The notes: generated by a model from the letters alone, not told the origin. A stretch of 64,000 nucleotides of DNA from Magallana gigas (GCF_963853765.1 NC_088860.1:41168001-41232000); one strand, 5' to 3'; shown: positions 52,301 to 63,908, counted from the stretch's first letter. Numbers and translations: made by a program.

Positions 52301-55257
52301 ATGGTGGAGTTTCCCTCAATTCAGTACTCATGTCTGGTCCAGACATGATCAACAGCCTTCTTGGGATCTTGCTTCGTTTTAGGAAGGATGAGGTGGCGAT
52401 GGCAGCAGATATAGAGCAGATGTTTTACCGATTTCGTGTTGATGAAAACCACCGCAATTACCTACGCTTCTTTTGGTATAAAGAAAACAACCCAGATGAC
52501 ATCATGATAGAGTACAGAATGACTTCACATGTATTCGGCAACAGTCCGTCGCCTGCTATTGCATCTTATGGACTCCTTAAGACTGTCGAACACGCTGATC
52601 GAGATGTGAAAAACTTTGTACATCATAACTTCTACGTTGATGACGGGTTAATCTCTTTACCAAATGAATCAGATGCTATCAGCCTGATGAAGCGCACTCA
52701 GTCAACCATGAAACAGGAAGGTCAGATTCGTCTTCACAAAATCACGTCCAACAAACAAGCTGTGATGGACGCTTTTGATGTCAGTGATCATGGAGAACAG
52801 TTGAAAGAAATAGATAGTGATGACATGATACACAGATCTCTTGGACTTTGTTGGAGACTGAAGGATGATACTTTTGTGTTTACAGTACCTACTGAAGAGA
52901 AACCTTTTACTCGTCGCGGTCTGCTCTCAACTGTAAACAGCCTATTCGACCCATTAGGTTTCATATCACCAATCATCATCAGCGGTAAAATACTTCTCCG
53001 AGAATGCACACCTGAAGGAGTTGACTGGGATGAACCATTACCTGTCAATAATCTTCAAAAGTGGAAGGAGTGGCAATCGTCTCTTCACTGTCTCAGTGAT
53101 ATCGCCATTCCCCGTATGATGTCTCACACCTCTGTTAGTTCAGCTCAGACAGCAGAAGTTCACATATTCTCAGATGCTTCAGAAAAGGCAATAGCAGCAT
53201 CAGCATATATAAAAACTGTAAGTGATGGACAAACAAGCGTTCGATTCATCATGGGAAGAAGCAAGTTAGCACCTCTTAATGGCCACACCATTCCTCGCCT
53301 AGAATTGTGTGGAGCTGTCTTAGCAACGGAACTCGCAGAGATCATATCTGTACAACTTGGCATCCCATTGCAAACCATGAGATTTTACACAGATAGCAGA
53401 GTTGTGTTAGGCTACATTGGTAATAGGACTCGAAGATTTTACACCTATGTAAGCAACCGAGTTGATCGTATTCTACGAATATCTAATGCCAATCAATGGA
53501 ACTTCATTTCCAGTGAAAAGAATCCTGCAGATTCTTGTACAAGATGCAACACTAATGTGATCAACATTATGCGGTTACCATGGATTACTGGTCCACAATG
53601 GTTGTGTGATGTGACAGAAATGAAACCTACACAGTTTCCACTTGTTGAACCTGATAGTGACAGAGAAGTCCGTCCAATCGATAGACCTGTAATATGCTCA
53701 CAAACTGATGTTACCATTACAACAACAGGATCTGATCTCATTACCAAGAAATTTGATCGATTTGATCGTTGGAGTTGTCTCATTACGGGCATTGCTTGTC
53801 TCAAGCGAGTTTGCCGCAGGTTTAGAGCTTGTCGTGACCAGAAACCTATGCAACTTACCCGTTATGATGAAATTTGTGAAGCAGAGACCTTTGTCCTAAA
53901 ACAGATTCAACAAGAATTCTTCTCTAAAGAGATAAACAGTTTAAAGTCTGGAAAACCTTTGAACAAAGACACAAGTATATCCACACTTGCACCATTCTTA
54001 GATGAAAATGGACTAATGTGTGTTGGTGGAAGATTGAACAAAGCTGCTGGAATTTTACCATCAAAGGAAATCAATCCAATTATTCTTCACAAGAACAGTC
54101 ATATCTCTGTTCTTTTGATACGTCATTTTCACGAGCAAGTCAAACATCAGGGGAGATTATTCACTGAAGGTGCACTTCGTACGGCAGGTTATTGGATCCT
54201 GGGAGGCAAGCGCATGATTTCATCTTTCATTCACACTTGCGTGACTTGTCGAAAACTTCGCCGTGGCCTTGAAACACAGATGATGGCAGACTTACCAGAG
54301 GACAGGATCACACCAGGCCCAGCTTTCACATCTGTTGGAATTGATGTCTTCGGACCATGGGAAGTCTGTACCCGCAGAACTAGAGGAGGAGCTGCAAACA
54401 GCAAGAGATGGGGACTGATGTTTACCTGTTTAACATCAAGAGCGGCTCACATAGAGGTTATTGAAGAGATGTCGAGTTCATGTTTTATAAATGCACTGCG
54501 TAGATTTCTATCACTCCGTGGCCCAGTGAAGATAATAAGATCTGACCGAGGCACCAATTTCATTGGAGCTGCTGAGGAAATGAGAGTGAACACGATAAAA
54601 GTAGAAGAGGGACCAGTTCAACAGTTCCTGGACAAATCCTACATCACCTGGATTTTCAATGTCCCACATTCCTCCCATATGGGTGGTGTCTGGGAGCGAG
54701 TCATAGGAATGACAAGGAAAATCCTCGATTCAATGCTTTTGGAATCTAGTGGTAAACCTCTAACACATGAGACATTAGCAACATTTTTATGTGAAGTTTG
54801 TGCCATCATAAACTCTAGACCTATAGCACCGATACCTTCGGATCCAAATGACCCAATGATTCTTACACCAACTATGATTCTCACCGGTAAAGTTGATTTC
54901 CTACCAGTCGTGTCTGATTCACTCAGTCTACAAGACGTTTACAGAGCGCAATGGAAACGTGTCCAAATCCTTGCAGATATTTTCTGGAATCAGTGGCGTA
55001 AGCAGTATCTATCTATCCTACAAAGTAGACGTAAGTGGAAAAGCAAAACCAGAAACGTTAAAGTAGATGATGTGGTACTGTTGAAAGATCCCGCTGAGCA
55101 CCGGAACAACTGGCCAACTGGTATTATCGACCGCGTATTTCCAAGTGACGATGGAATCGTGAGAAAAGTTGTTGTGCGAACTATTCGAGCAGGAAAACCA
55201 ACATTTTACATTCGACCAATTCATGATCTCGTGTTGCTAATAGAAAGTGAACAGTGA
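49393..55257 (+). CDS. Intact BEL/Pao gag-pol polyprotein (1954 aa)
   Basis: One ORF in Gag-PR-RT-RH-IN order: three CCHC-type knuckles, YAIVDDQ protease motif, YVDD, FSDAS, HHCC, DVFG/SDRGTNF/WER; no stops or frameshifts. Confidence 0.96.
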   Translation: MATGGLPLPRNSDSQNEIEETNTSIKDKRDVILSEKGLLAFEEECSKYKKPIFETWGKVEKCILRVQKCDRNIEQYQILQSDIENTFSEFHNSIKQYLVFLQRHSRSEQGKSEMKRCTEDFEKGKSVVYKALDNIKAAKLDLLETASEISTTSTERKRRKERKLEIMKKEAELRKQKLRLEEDESIRIAEMNRKKCELDIDLDLLKQEQSASDDELSMEQDLADIERESSGERTQKFVENIPSNPVDVQIPTTESPHVLSEMALLMIKKQMLPERFSNFDDSPDSYNAWKETFTNIISELKVSCNEELELMLNRLTGNSKLTAIGIRNANPGKPKEALQIIWKRLDEMYGRPEMIEASIRHQLENFRPVTSAENKRLYDLLNILIKIESLMANSTFSTSLSYFNSSIGVNPIINKLPFHLQEKWIAKASNFKKLNKVPFPPFSYFVTFVREMSEIRNDPAFVFTNSRQPALKRPVYSKKSEVSTDNNNNTRCPYHKADHSIHDCRAFRAKPFFERKNFLQSKNICTRCCTSTSHTAKDCQVKIQCTACGSVYHTTALHINKGPSSSPSMHGGEKMYNSSLQTMKSETDNISPVPMKASTNTSVKCTTFCGDHYQGRSCSKIFLVDVFHTDCPNNMYRVYAIVDDQCNQSLASPELFDALNIMSSPIHYTLTTCMGKTAQNGRQAHSMKLRSLDTAVTMDLPLLMECDDIPNETSEIPTPEVAKSYPHLLRIASSIPEFDVNSKIQLLIGRDLIEAHHIEEQITGPRGEPFAQRLSLGWAIIGEVCLGKLHRRTSVNVNKVSILNDGRVTCSQPCQNNIDVKEQTLVSNYIIGERDFQFHGEDVFMKTPEDDCIGLSVEDRLFLKLMDRTFTKDKDGMWTVPLPFRENQPDLPNNRPQALHRAQILHNSLQKDTEKKRQFVKFMEKVLNSGAAEVAPPPTSTGCWYLPLFGVRNPKKPDQIRGVFDSSAKYGGVSLNSVLMSGPDMINSLLGILLRFRKDEVAMAADIEQMFYRFRVDENHRNYLRFFWYKENNPDDIMIEYRMTSHVFGNSPSPAIASYGLLKTVEHADRDVKNFVHHNFYVDDGLISLPNESDAISLMKRTQSTMKQEGQIRLHKITSNKQAVMDAFDVSDHGEQLKEIDSDDMIHRSLGLCWRLKDDTFVFTVPTEEKPFTRRGLLSTVNSLFDPLGFISPIIISGKILLRECTPEGVDWDEPLPVNNLQKWKEWQSSLHCLSDIAIPRMMSHTSVSSAQTAEVHIFSDASEKAIAASAYIKTVSDGQTSVRFIMGRSKLAPLNGHTIPRLELCGAVLATELAEIISVQLGIPLQTMRFYTDSRVVLGYIGNRTRRFYTYVSNRVDRILRISNANQWNFISSEKNPADSCTRCNTNVINIMRLPWITGPQWLCDVTEMKPTQFPLVEPDSDREVRPIDRPVICSQTDVTITTTGSDLITKKFDRFDRWSCLITGIACLKRVCRRFRACRDQKPMQLTRYDEICEAETFVLKQIQQEFFSKEINSLKSGKPLNKDTSISTLAPFLDENGLMCVGGRLNKAAGILPSKEINPIILHKNSHISVLLIRHFHEQVKHQGRLFTEGALRTAGYWILGGKRMISSFIHTCVTCRKLRRGLETQMMADLPEDRITPGPAFTSVGIDVFGPWEVCTRRTRGGAANSKRWGLMFTCLTSRAAHIEVIEEMSSSCFINALRRFLSLRGPVKIIRSDRGTNFIGAAEEMRVNTIKVEEGPVQQFLDKSYITWIFNVPHSSHMGGVWERVIGMTRKILDSMLLESSGKPLTHETLATFLCEVCAIINSRPIAPIPSDPNDPMILTPTMILTGKVDFLPVVSDSLSLQDVYRAQWKRVQILADIFWNQWRKQYLSILQSRRKWKSKTRNVKVDDVVLLKDPAEHRNNWPTGIIDRVFPSDDGIVRKVVVRTIRAGKPTFYIRPIHDLVLLIESEQ

Positions 55258-55268
55258 CTAGATGTGAA

Positions 55269-55332
55269 CTGTAACTTATGGACTGTGAATAATGGACTGT
55301 AACTTATGGACTGTGAATAATGGACTGTTAAC
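55269..55332 (+). repeat. 28-bp tandem repeat in the element 3' UTR (present in all 3' UTR copies)
   Basis: CTGTAACTTATGGACTGTGAATAATGGA twice plus a partial copy. Confidence 0.9.
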
Positions 55333-55467
55333 AATGAATTTGTAAACATTGACTTGTATTATGATTCATGTATCAAGTGATCACGAGATGTATTATTTAT
55401 CAACTAGTTTATCACAATTTTGAAATGTTTTGTGCATGCATATGAGTAGTGGCATCTCAAAGATGCC

Positions 55468-55477
55468 AGGCGGGGAG
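55468..55477 (+). promoter_or_regulatory. Polypurine tract AGGCGGGGAG
   Basis: Directly abuts the TG of the 3' LTR. Confidence 0.85.
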
Positions 55478-56237
55478 TGTAGTGGAACCAAGAGTTATCT
55501 TTCTTGATCTTGTATTATACAGTCTGAGAGTTATTCCTCTTTATGTGGAACTCTTCTATGTTCAGTTTTTCACGCTGTGTACGTGCGGTCCCGCCGCAGT
55601 GCTACACATTGTCTATACCAACATATTCCATGTTTCATCCTTGTCCCCTCAAATTGTAAGTATCATATGCATTTAGATATATGAAATATTCATTTTATTT
55701 GTTGTTTTTGCCATGACATGTTTATATAAGCAAACATAAGCACCCTCGTAATGACTGTTACTGTAGTAGGTTGTAGGCGCCATATTTTCTCGTGTTTACA
55801 TTTGTTGATGTTAAAACATATAAGTATAACTTCATTATTTATATGATTTACTGGTCATTAATAAGTACACAGCACACCTATAAAGTGTGAATTCTATGTT
55901 TATATTTTTCAATTAAATTATTTTCCCTTTTTTACCTATATTCCATAATTTCCCTCGGGCTACTGTTTCAATACTGGGTGCACATTTTGGAATTCGTCTA
56001 TTTTGATAATTGTCAATTTATTTCTTATGAGAACTATGATATATATACATATATGATATAAATGTATTATTGTGTGAATTGTTAAAATGTCAGTTTGCAT
56101 ATTATTCCATGTATTTATAAATTGTTTATAATTTGTTTCAGCAATTTACCACTTCAGATCTACATCAGATCTACATTCAATCAAGATTACCAATAGTTAT
56201 TGAATCTGGTTATACTTGCTGTTTTTCAAACAGTACA
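55478..56237 (+). mobile_element. 3' LTR (alpha), followed by TSD CCCCG
   Basis: 760 bp; AATAAA reads AATCAA in this copy. Confidence 0.95.
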
Positions 56238-58182
56238 CCCCGACCGAAATTATCATGATTCCTTATTACTTATATTTATATAATTTTGAGCCATCGTACG
56301 ATTAAATATTTAAATATGAATAAGCAAACCCCGATGGAGCCTCAATTTGGCGTCATTTGTATTATCGGTTATATAGTACAAAATCGATACGTAGTGTTAT
56401 CACAGGCAAAGACACTGGAAAATGTAAATATACAAAATTATATACATGTATCTATTTATCATATATAAATGATTAAATTTTTATTCCAGTTTTTCATCCA
56501 CTGATCCCCTTGGTGGTAGATCTGGAGGGGATTTTCCTGACAAACTTACCCTAAAAAATTCAAACTTCTTAAATCCACATTGTAAAGTTACCTAAAATAG
56601 GCCTCGCACTCTCCATCGACTCTCCTCCCGGAAAACGTCTTTATCACTCGGATCGCCATAGGAATTCTTTCTCGATCCGCGTATATATGCCATCCAACTG
56701 AAACGAATGTCGTATTGATTCAAAGAAACATGAAATATAGACATTTTATGTTATAATCTTGTTTAAAAGAAGTTTGTATGATTCAAAGAAAAAAACGTAT
56801 TTTTGAAGGGCTTACATGTTTAATATTTTATATATTAACTTTTATCTTTATCAGAAACATTTGGGGTTTTTGTTATTAGCATCTTCGCTCCGAGGAAAGT
56901 GGACCAAAAACCCTTGGCTAGCAAAGACGGTTATAAGGCACTGTGGCTGAGTACAAATATCATATGTATGACATCAACACACAGGGGATATATTTTTTTT
57001 AATAACACTGCACGCTGTTGAAATTTAAAATAATCCATAATGATATATAAATATAAGCTATATGTTTAAAGTACCCTTTAAAAAAATATCCCTCTGCAAC
57101 CTCCAGACGACAAGTACCTTATCGTAATTGTATCCTGAACCCAACCTAGAAATGTAACCCCCCCCCCCCAAAGAATTTACCTGTTCAAAATTAACTCAAA
57201 CAAACATTAATAAATTAAAGTTGGTGTAGTTATCATATTTGATTTATAGTCAATTACTAGCTTTTAATTTTTCAAAAATATGTATTAAATTCAGGATGAA
57301 AAAAATCCCTGCGGCTTGTGCGCTGCGCAGATCTTGAGGGGAGGGTTGGTCAGATCATCTGGAACCCCCCCCCCCCCCCCCAACTAGGATAATCAAAACG
57401 TATATGATTAACAGTTAAGTTACAGTAAATAGGCGTTGGAACCTCTGGCAAACATGCAAATATACTTTAATCAACTGAGAACTTTTTTTGGTTAATATTT
57501 GATATCTTAAAAGCCCCACGTGTACAGAAAAGTTCGAAGTAATACTACCATAGGCCTTCTAAAATTACTTTAATTCATCGTCAGGGGATCCCTGGGGGGG
57601 GGGGGGGAAATGGTTCAGTGTAAATATTCAAAATAAAACATTGAAATTCGTTATTATGTAACTTTTATCACTCTACACCGAGACGGGTTATGCTTATTTA
57701 TGAAATTCTATTTTATAGTTATAGTAATCACGAAATGTTAAAAGAAGTCAAAAAGGTTTTTTTTAAAGCAACATACCGAATATGTTTTTATTCTAATGAC
57801 AATTTAATGACAGTGTAAATAATTCAAAATAATAAAATTGAAATGCGTTATTATATAACTTTTATCATTCTAAACCAAATTATGCTTAGCTTATTTATGA
57901 AACATTAAAATATGACTTATAATCAATGTACGGTGCAAAATTCTGTTTTATAGTTATAGATTAGTAATCACGAAATGTTAAAAGTAATCAAAAAGTTTTT
58001 TTTCTACAAAAGCATCATACCGAAATTTTTTTTTATTTGTGAAATGAAAATTAATGTTTGTCCATGCATTCTGATTATGACTATGTCTTATGCTGGCGAA
58101 TATACACAAAATATGACTGATTTGATATACGTGCAGTGTTCCTCATTTTATTTTTACGTAGCGTGGGATTTTCATATTTAAA

Positions 58183-58985
58183 GGCCCTGTCACACTATAA
58201 GCTGCGTCCCCACGGCGTGTTCACGGCGTTGTAAAATTTATGGAATCGCCGTAGGATCGCAAGGAAAATTCAGAAAAAATGTACATTGTTTTTTGAAAAT
58301 TTTACAAGTGGAGATGTCACGGCGTCCTGACGGCGACCGAGGCGTTCTTACGGAGCTCCCACGGCGTGTAACTGCGTTTTCAGGGAGTTCTACTTGCATG
58401 GCGATTAACTGCGCTCTCGTTGAGTCTCCGCCGAGCGCTCATGACGTGCTAGGAGTTTTAACCGCGCGTCAACGGCGTGCTCTGTGCGCTGACTGCGTGC
58501 ACAAGACGTTCTTTACTTCTTGGTATGTTAATATTAATTTGTACAATTGTATGGGAAACAAACAAGAATTTACAACTAGTAAATAAATGATTAAAAATTG
58601 TTTTGATTTTATGGAAAGGTACATTGTAATTGAAACATAACTAATTCTAACCATTTTGTGAAGGACAAGGACAAAACTCTTAGTAGTAGGTCTACAAAAA
58701 AAGATCCGTTATTAGTTGTTAGAAAACATAGAAAAGATGTGAAAACATCAGAACCAAATGGCATGAATTCCATCTACGTCCATTGATAGGTCTTGGAATA
58801 TTAGCAAATGCTACTTTTTACGTATAGTCATCTACATCCAGTTTGATAATTATTACATCGCTTGCTATTGTACAACAGCCATTGTTCGAGTTTTCGTGGT
58901 CTTGATGACAACGCACTAGAAACGCCGTGGAAGCGCGGTATAAACGCAGAAGACACGTCACGAGAGCGCGAGGATCGCAGCAACA
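58183..58985. mobile_element. GC-rich MITE-like relic (PIF/Harbinger-like left end), right end missing
   Basis: GGCCCTGTCACAC after TAAA; loose inverted halves with CACGGCG/CGCCGTG motifs. Confidence 0.4.
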
Positions 58986-59591
58986 GCTCTTTGGCGCAGC
59001 CAAATGAAAAACAACTTGTTCAATTTTTTTTTCTACGTCCAAGGGACATAACTCTGATAAAAATTGCTCGATTGCACCCAAAATTGAACTTCACTTAGAT
59101 ATTTTTTTGGTAAATCTGTATACCAAATTTCATTTTAATATGTGCAACTTCTGCGAAGAAAATGAACGGAAACTTGCAAATAATAGGAATTTTTCTAAGT
59201 CCAAGGGGCATAACCTTTGTCGAAAATTACACGATTGTACCCAAAATCAAACTTGACTTAGATACATGTACCGGGGTATTATTACGATAAATCTGAATAC
59301 CAAATTTCATTTCAATGCGTGAAACTCTTGGAAAGAAAGTGAGCGGAAACTGCAAATAATAGGAATTTCCAAGGGGCATAACTCGGGTGTAAATTGCAGG
59401 ATTGTGCCTAAAACATGACCAAGATATTATGATAAACCTGTATACCAAATTTCATTTTAATACTTGCAACCTCTGAGAGAAAATGAACGGAAACTATGGT
59501 GGACCAATCGACCAACAGATAGACAGAAAGACGGGCAGCAGCAAATCAAGATGCCTTCCCTTCTTCGAAGATGGAGGGGGGGGGGCATATA
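58985..59591 (+). mobile_element. Second HINE/pearl-like element with three ~162-168-bp internal repeats; left boundary approximate
   Basis: TCCAAGGG anchors at 59038, 59200, 59368; GACA/GACC tract; 3' CCCTTCTTCGAAG...GGGGCATA end. Confidence 0.6.
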
Positions 59592-61410
59592 ACTACAGCT
59601 AGAGCAGTTTCTCCTCAGGGAAAATACTATATATAGTAGTAGATTTCCCCCATGGAAAGCCCATGACCGATCCACTTCCATCGTTTTCCTTTTATTAGGA
59701 CAGATATGGCAGCTGTTTGAGTTGTCTTGTACAGTTCTTAGATGCTGATCTTGTCTGGACAGAAGTTCTTGAGGATCCTACGGAGGGTTTGTTCCCGTTT
59801 TGCACACATTTGAAAATTAGGTATCGAAAAAATGTGTGCGAAACGGGAATTTGACCAGGTGAGATAATTGCTTAATTGCTATAGTCTATATCACAGTTCC
59901 TGTGAGGGCAATCGACAATAAAATAAATATAAAACATCTACTCTAATTGATATTTACATTTATTTTATGTTACAATATAAATTGCGTAAAAGCACATTTA
60001 CATAAAAATTGACATTCATGTTCTTGAATCTAATTTCAAATATCAATTTGGTCATGAATAATTTCATTAAACAAAAAATATTATTGCAAAAATGTTGGAT
60101 ATGTAATGCAATAACTTGCTGTCTATAGGAAGTACTTGTTACAAGTTTGAAGAGAAAATATATTTTAATATTCAATTAATGCTTTTGCCAACATAAATGA
60201 AGGAAATATGTCTAGTGAAAACGCTGCTATATATTTTTCATTTATGCTTTTGCTTCAATAATCATAGAAAATAGACAAATTGTATGATGATATATATGAT
60301 GATAAATAGGCAATTTTATATGCTTCAAAAACTGTTATATATATTTTCACAAAACCTATCAAATGTGGACCTAATTCATGCTTGTTCAACCTTCTTCAGA
60401 TTGAAGTACATGTGTATATCGAATCAATATGAAAATCATTATTTTTGTAGGATTTTTTTTTGCTTCATGCATTTAGCCACTGATTTGAAAAACCAGAAAG
60501 TGACCCGCATTACATACTTAAGCGATGACAGCATAAGAATTTATCGAATCAATGTCAAAATAATCATTTTTGCCGGAACATAAGAACTTTTCGAATCAAT
60601 GTCAAAATAATCATTTTTGTCGGAAATGTTTGTGCTTCATGTTTTTAGCTTAGTTCTATATCTGAAAAATCAGAAAGTGACCCACAATATATACTAAAGC
60701 GGTGATGTCATAAGAACTACTGTCAAAGCCGCTACTTCAAAGATTGAAATATTTTGTGATAAAGATATGTCTCCTTTCACAATATTCTTTCTGTTGATAC
60801 CAATCAACAAATTATAAACATGCGTTTTACATATTTTTGCAAACAAGTTGTAAAAAAAGACACGAAGTACCCCATCATCTTCACAACGTCACAAGACTAA
60901 AAATATCATTATCTTTATTTTATCAAATGAAAAAAAAATGATGATATTTATTAGTTATTAGACCTAAAACCCAACAAAATGTCTATTCTTGTTTCATAAA
61001 GGCACTAATAAAACACAGGTAAAAATCCAGGTAAAATCTTTGACCGAAAGCAGACTATAATTGCTATCACAACACAATTCACACCTATTGTTCTATACCC
61101 AATTATCAAATGTGTGCAAAACGGGAACACACCCAACGGAGGCATCTCGTTTGGAAGGTGTCTAGTTTTTGAAAGATGGTATCTGTCACCTTCCAGGTCT
61201 CAGATTCAAGTAGGAGGACCCCAATTATGTTTGTTTTGAAAGTCCTGATGTTTGATGTCTTCAAAATGTTCCGCAGGTTTTCATAAATTGTACAGGCTTT
61301 TGTTATCCTGTATTTAACATCCAATACAGAGTCTCCATTGACTGTTATGTTACTGCCATGGCATACGGAATTGTTGACTTCTTATATTCTGTTATTGTTT
61401 GCTATGATTT
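59592..61410 (-). mobile_element. Decayed RTE-clade LINE fragment in two pieces (61134-61410 and 59592-59785)
   Basis: GSNITVNGDSVLDVKYRI...ESETWK...TFQTRCLR continues as RILKNFCPDKIS...RWKWIGH across the insertion. Confidence 0.8.
59786..61133. mobile_element. Non-autonomous DNA transposon (Merlin-like), 1348 bp
   Basis: ~45-bp TIR GGT(T/G)TGTTCCCGTTTTGCACACATTTG; 8-bp TSD CTACGGAG/CAACGGAG; superfamily inferred from GG ends and TSD length. Confidence 0.7.
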
Positions 61411-62250
61411 CGCTATCTTTCATTCAATAGCTCCTCATAATTAGAGTTAGGAGTACATAAATTTATTTTACTTCTCGTGGTTTAGGAGGTCAACACTATT
61501 CTTTACTTTTTGTGAACGGTGTGTTGTTTTTACCTGAATTTGAAATTACAATGAAAATTGAAAAAAAAAATGCAACAACAAGTTTCAACAATTTTCTTTT
61601 TAAATTTTTAAAAAAATTCTCTGGCCATGATCATGAGTTTAAAATAAATTTTTAAAACACCCGCAGAACAACTTCATGTATTTAATCAATAATTAATACA
61701 AAACAAAACGTACATGTATTCCTGTCTCTTTTTGTGTGAAATAATTGCGCAAGCAACTTTAACTGTACAAAAGTATAAACGAAGAAATAAAAAGATTTAT
61801 GTGCAGAGAAAGAAGACCGAGTCCTACACAGCATTTAAACAAAATTCATGATTATTTTCTGCAATATTCTATTTTTTTTAAAATGTATTATTTTCAACAG
61901 TCCATCAGAAAAATTCTGTAGGGCTAACTCACTCCATATGACCATTATTGCATGTTAATGTTATTTTCCTTATACATGTATCATTTAAATATCATAACTT
62001 TAATACAATTCAATCTTCTTTTTCTTTCCACGTCAAATGGCCATTTTTCAAATGGAGCAATTACCAACATCAACGTTTTTTTTAAAGTTTACAACTTAAT
62101 TGTTCAGAATGTGGAGTCCACACGTCTTGAATCAAGAATGCAAGAACACATATACTGAACAACGCAGCACCTTGCTTAGATAGTCAATGAACACGGAACC
62201 AACAGAAAACAACCCAGTAATAACACAGCGTGTGGAGGTCTAAATACGAA

Positions 62251-62341
62251 TCACATCTTCTTCTTCTTAGCTCCCTTCTTAGCCCCCTTTTTTGCTCCTT
62301 TCACTAGATTTGTAAATCGACCAGTCATCTTTGCCTTTTTT
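62251..62341 (-). CDS. RRP12: RRP12-like protein, last exon
   Basis: KKAKMTGRFTNLVKGAKKGAKKGAKKKKM*. Confidence 0.88.
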
Positions 62342-62639
62342 CTAAAAAAAAAAAAATAAAAATAAATAAACTCTATATTAAATCTGAACAGCTGACATAA
62401 ACAATTAATATTAGTAATCAAGTGAAAATGCTCACGACAGCTTAAAAAGTTACCAACCATATATCTAATGTAATTTTGCAATGCTAATACATGCATAAGA
62501 CGAGAGTTTGTCTTTATCAATTGCCAGTATCAAGGAAAAAAAGACACACTTTTTGAGAACTTTTCTATCAGATTTCTTGAGTATATTGAATGAAATAATT
62601 CAATGGTCATTCCATGCCTTGGAGCATCAAGTGTTTTAC

Positions 62640-62805
62640 CTCTTGTTGAGAGCTTGGAAGTTGAGTGGGAGGTAGACATAGGGGTCCGGCTTGCCCGTCT
62701 TTTTTATGTCCCCTCCAGCTTTCTTGGCTCTGTACTCACTGGCAGGGTCATGAGGAGCCGACCGCTTGGCCTTCACAATTGGTCTGTGTATGCCTCCACC
62801 TCCAG
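62640..62805 (-). CDS. RRP12: RRP12-like protein exon
   Basis: GGGGIHRP...[26 protein letters not shown], the conserved RRP12 C-terminal motif. Confidence 0.92.
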
Positions 62806-63745
62806 CTAAAGAAAATAAGATCACTCTTAACTTGGAATAGATATTCACAAAATACTACTCTATGTTTATCATTAAAAATAACAGAGTGGACTACTTTTGA
62901 CTTTTGTTACTATGTAACTATGATGTTGTCAGATATTTGTTTGTAATGAAAATATTTCATAGGATGACTGCACTTTGCGCCGGGTTTTGGACCCTTTTCA
63001 ATTGCTTCAGTTGCGTTCATTTCTTATTATCACTATTGTTAAATTTTTAAAAGAGTCTAGTCAATTTCCAACATCAATAGTGATTTTAGACTGTGATACA
63101 ATAAGTTCATTCAATGTTTTTCTCATTTAATACAACTTTCGAAAAATGGAGAATTTTCGCTTATCTGCCCTTGATCAAACATAAGATTAATTAAATATGC
63201 ATGAGAGGTGGAGCTGACATTATCAGAATGGTATTGAAATTATACGCATGAATGACGATGCCATGTATACAATTTATGTGATCCCTCTTTCACCATAACC
63301 CTATCTATTCTAGGGAAAGTTAAAGTAAGAAGAAGCAGTTTTTTTTCTCATTTAAACCATGAGCGCATGTTTGTCTATTAATCTCCCTTTGACATAACTT
63401 TGATAATGCAAATATACAACTACTGTTAAATGGAGAACAATAGACAAATGTGCACTGACTATATATGAAGTCAGTATAAAAGTTGGCGTCCTCATCGTAT
63501 GGAGATTAAAGAAATCGTGATGACCCCCGCTTACTCATACTTGGTAACAACATACTTTTATTTAACGCAATTACGTAAAGTTGCAGTTTAGATGTTGACC
63601 ACTTCTGCTATTCAAAGAAAAAATCTTCTTTTAAAAGTAAATTTTTCTCGCAAATATCGCATGTCCTTAAGTGCAGTCATCCTTTATTTGGTTTTGATAA
63701 TAAAATGATGATGGCATTAGTTGGGACATCCACACGAAACGTTAC

Positions 63746-63812
63746 CTTTATATTTGGGAGCCGGCCCTTCTTCATCAGATCCCAAATCCTCAACCTTCCT
63801 CTTCTTGGTTTT
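63746..63812 (-). CDS. RRP12: RRP12-like protein exon
   Basis: KTKKRKVEDLGSDEEGPAPKYK; phase fits the next exon. Confidence 0.85.
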
Positions 63813-63908
63813 CTGTTACAAAAATGACATGTAAGAAGATACATATAAGACAGGAGATAATTTCTTCTGCAGTCAGCACTTTTGTGATAAACTGATTTCA
63901 TTATTTAC

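Noticed and set aside
55269-55332. CRISPR-like 28-bp repeats (also 21-bp repeats near 7225-7280 and 31-bp repeats at 34883)
   Set aside because: Head-to-tail repeats with no unique spacers, no cas genes, eukaryotic context.
55449-55676. 75-aa hydrophobic ORF across the PPT and U3 in all LTR copies (env-like accessory gene?)
   Set aside because: Starts at GTG, is short, and alpha/beta differences change residues (F/S, Y/C, VY/FF), so there is no sign of selection.
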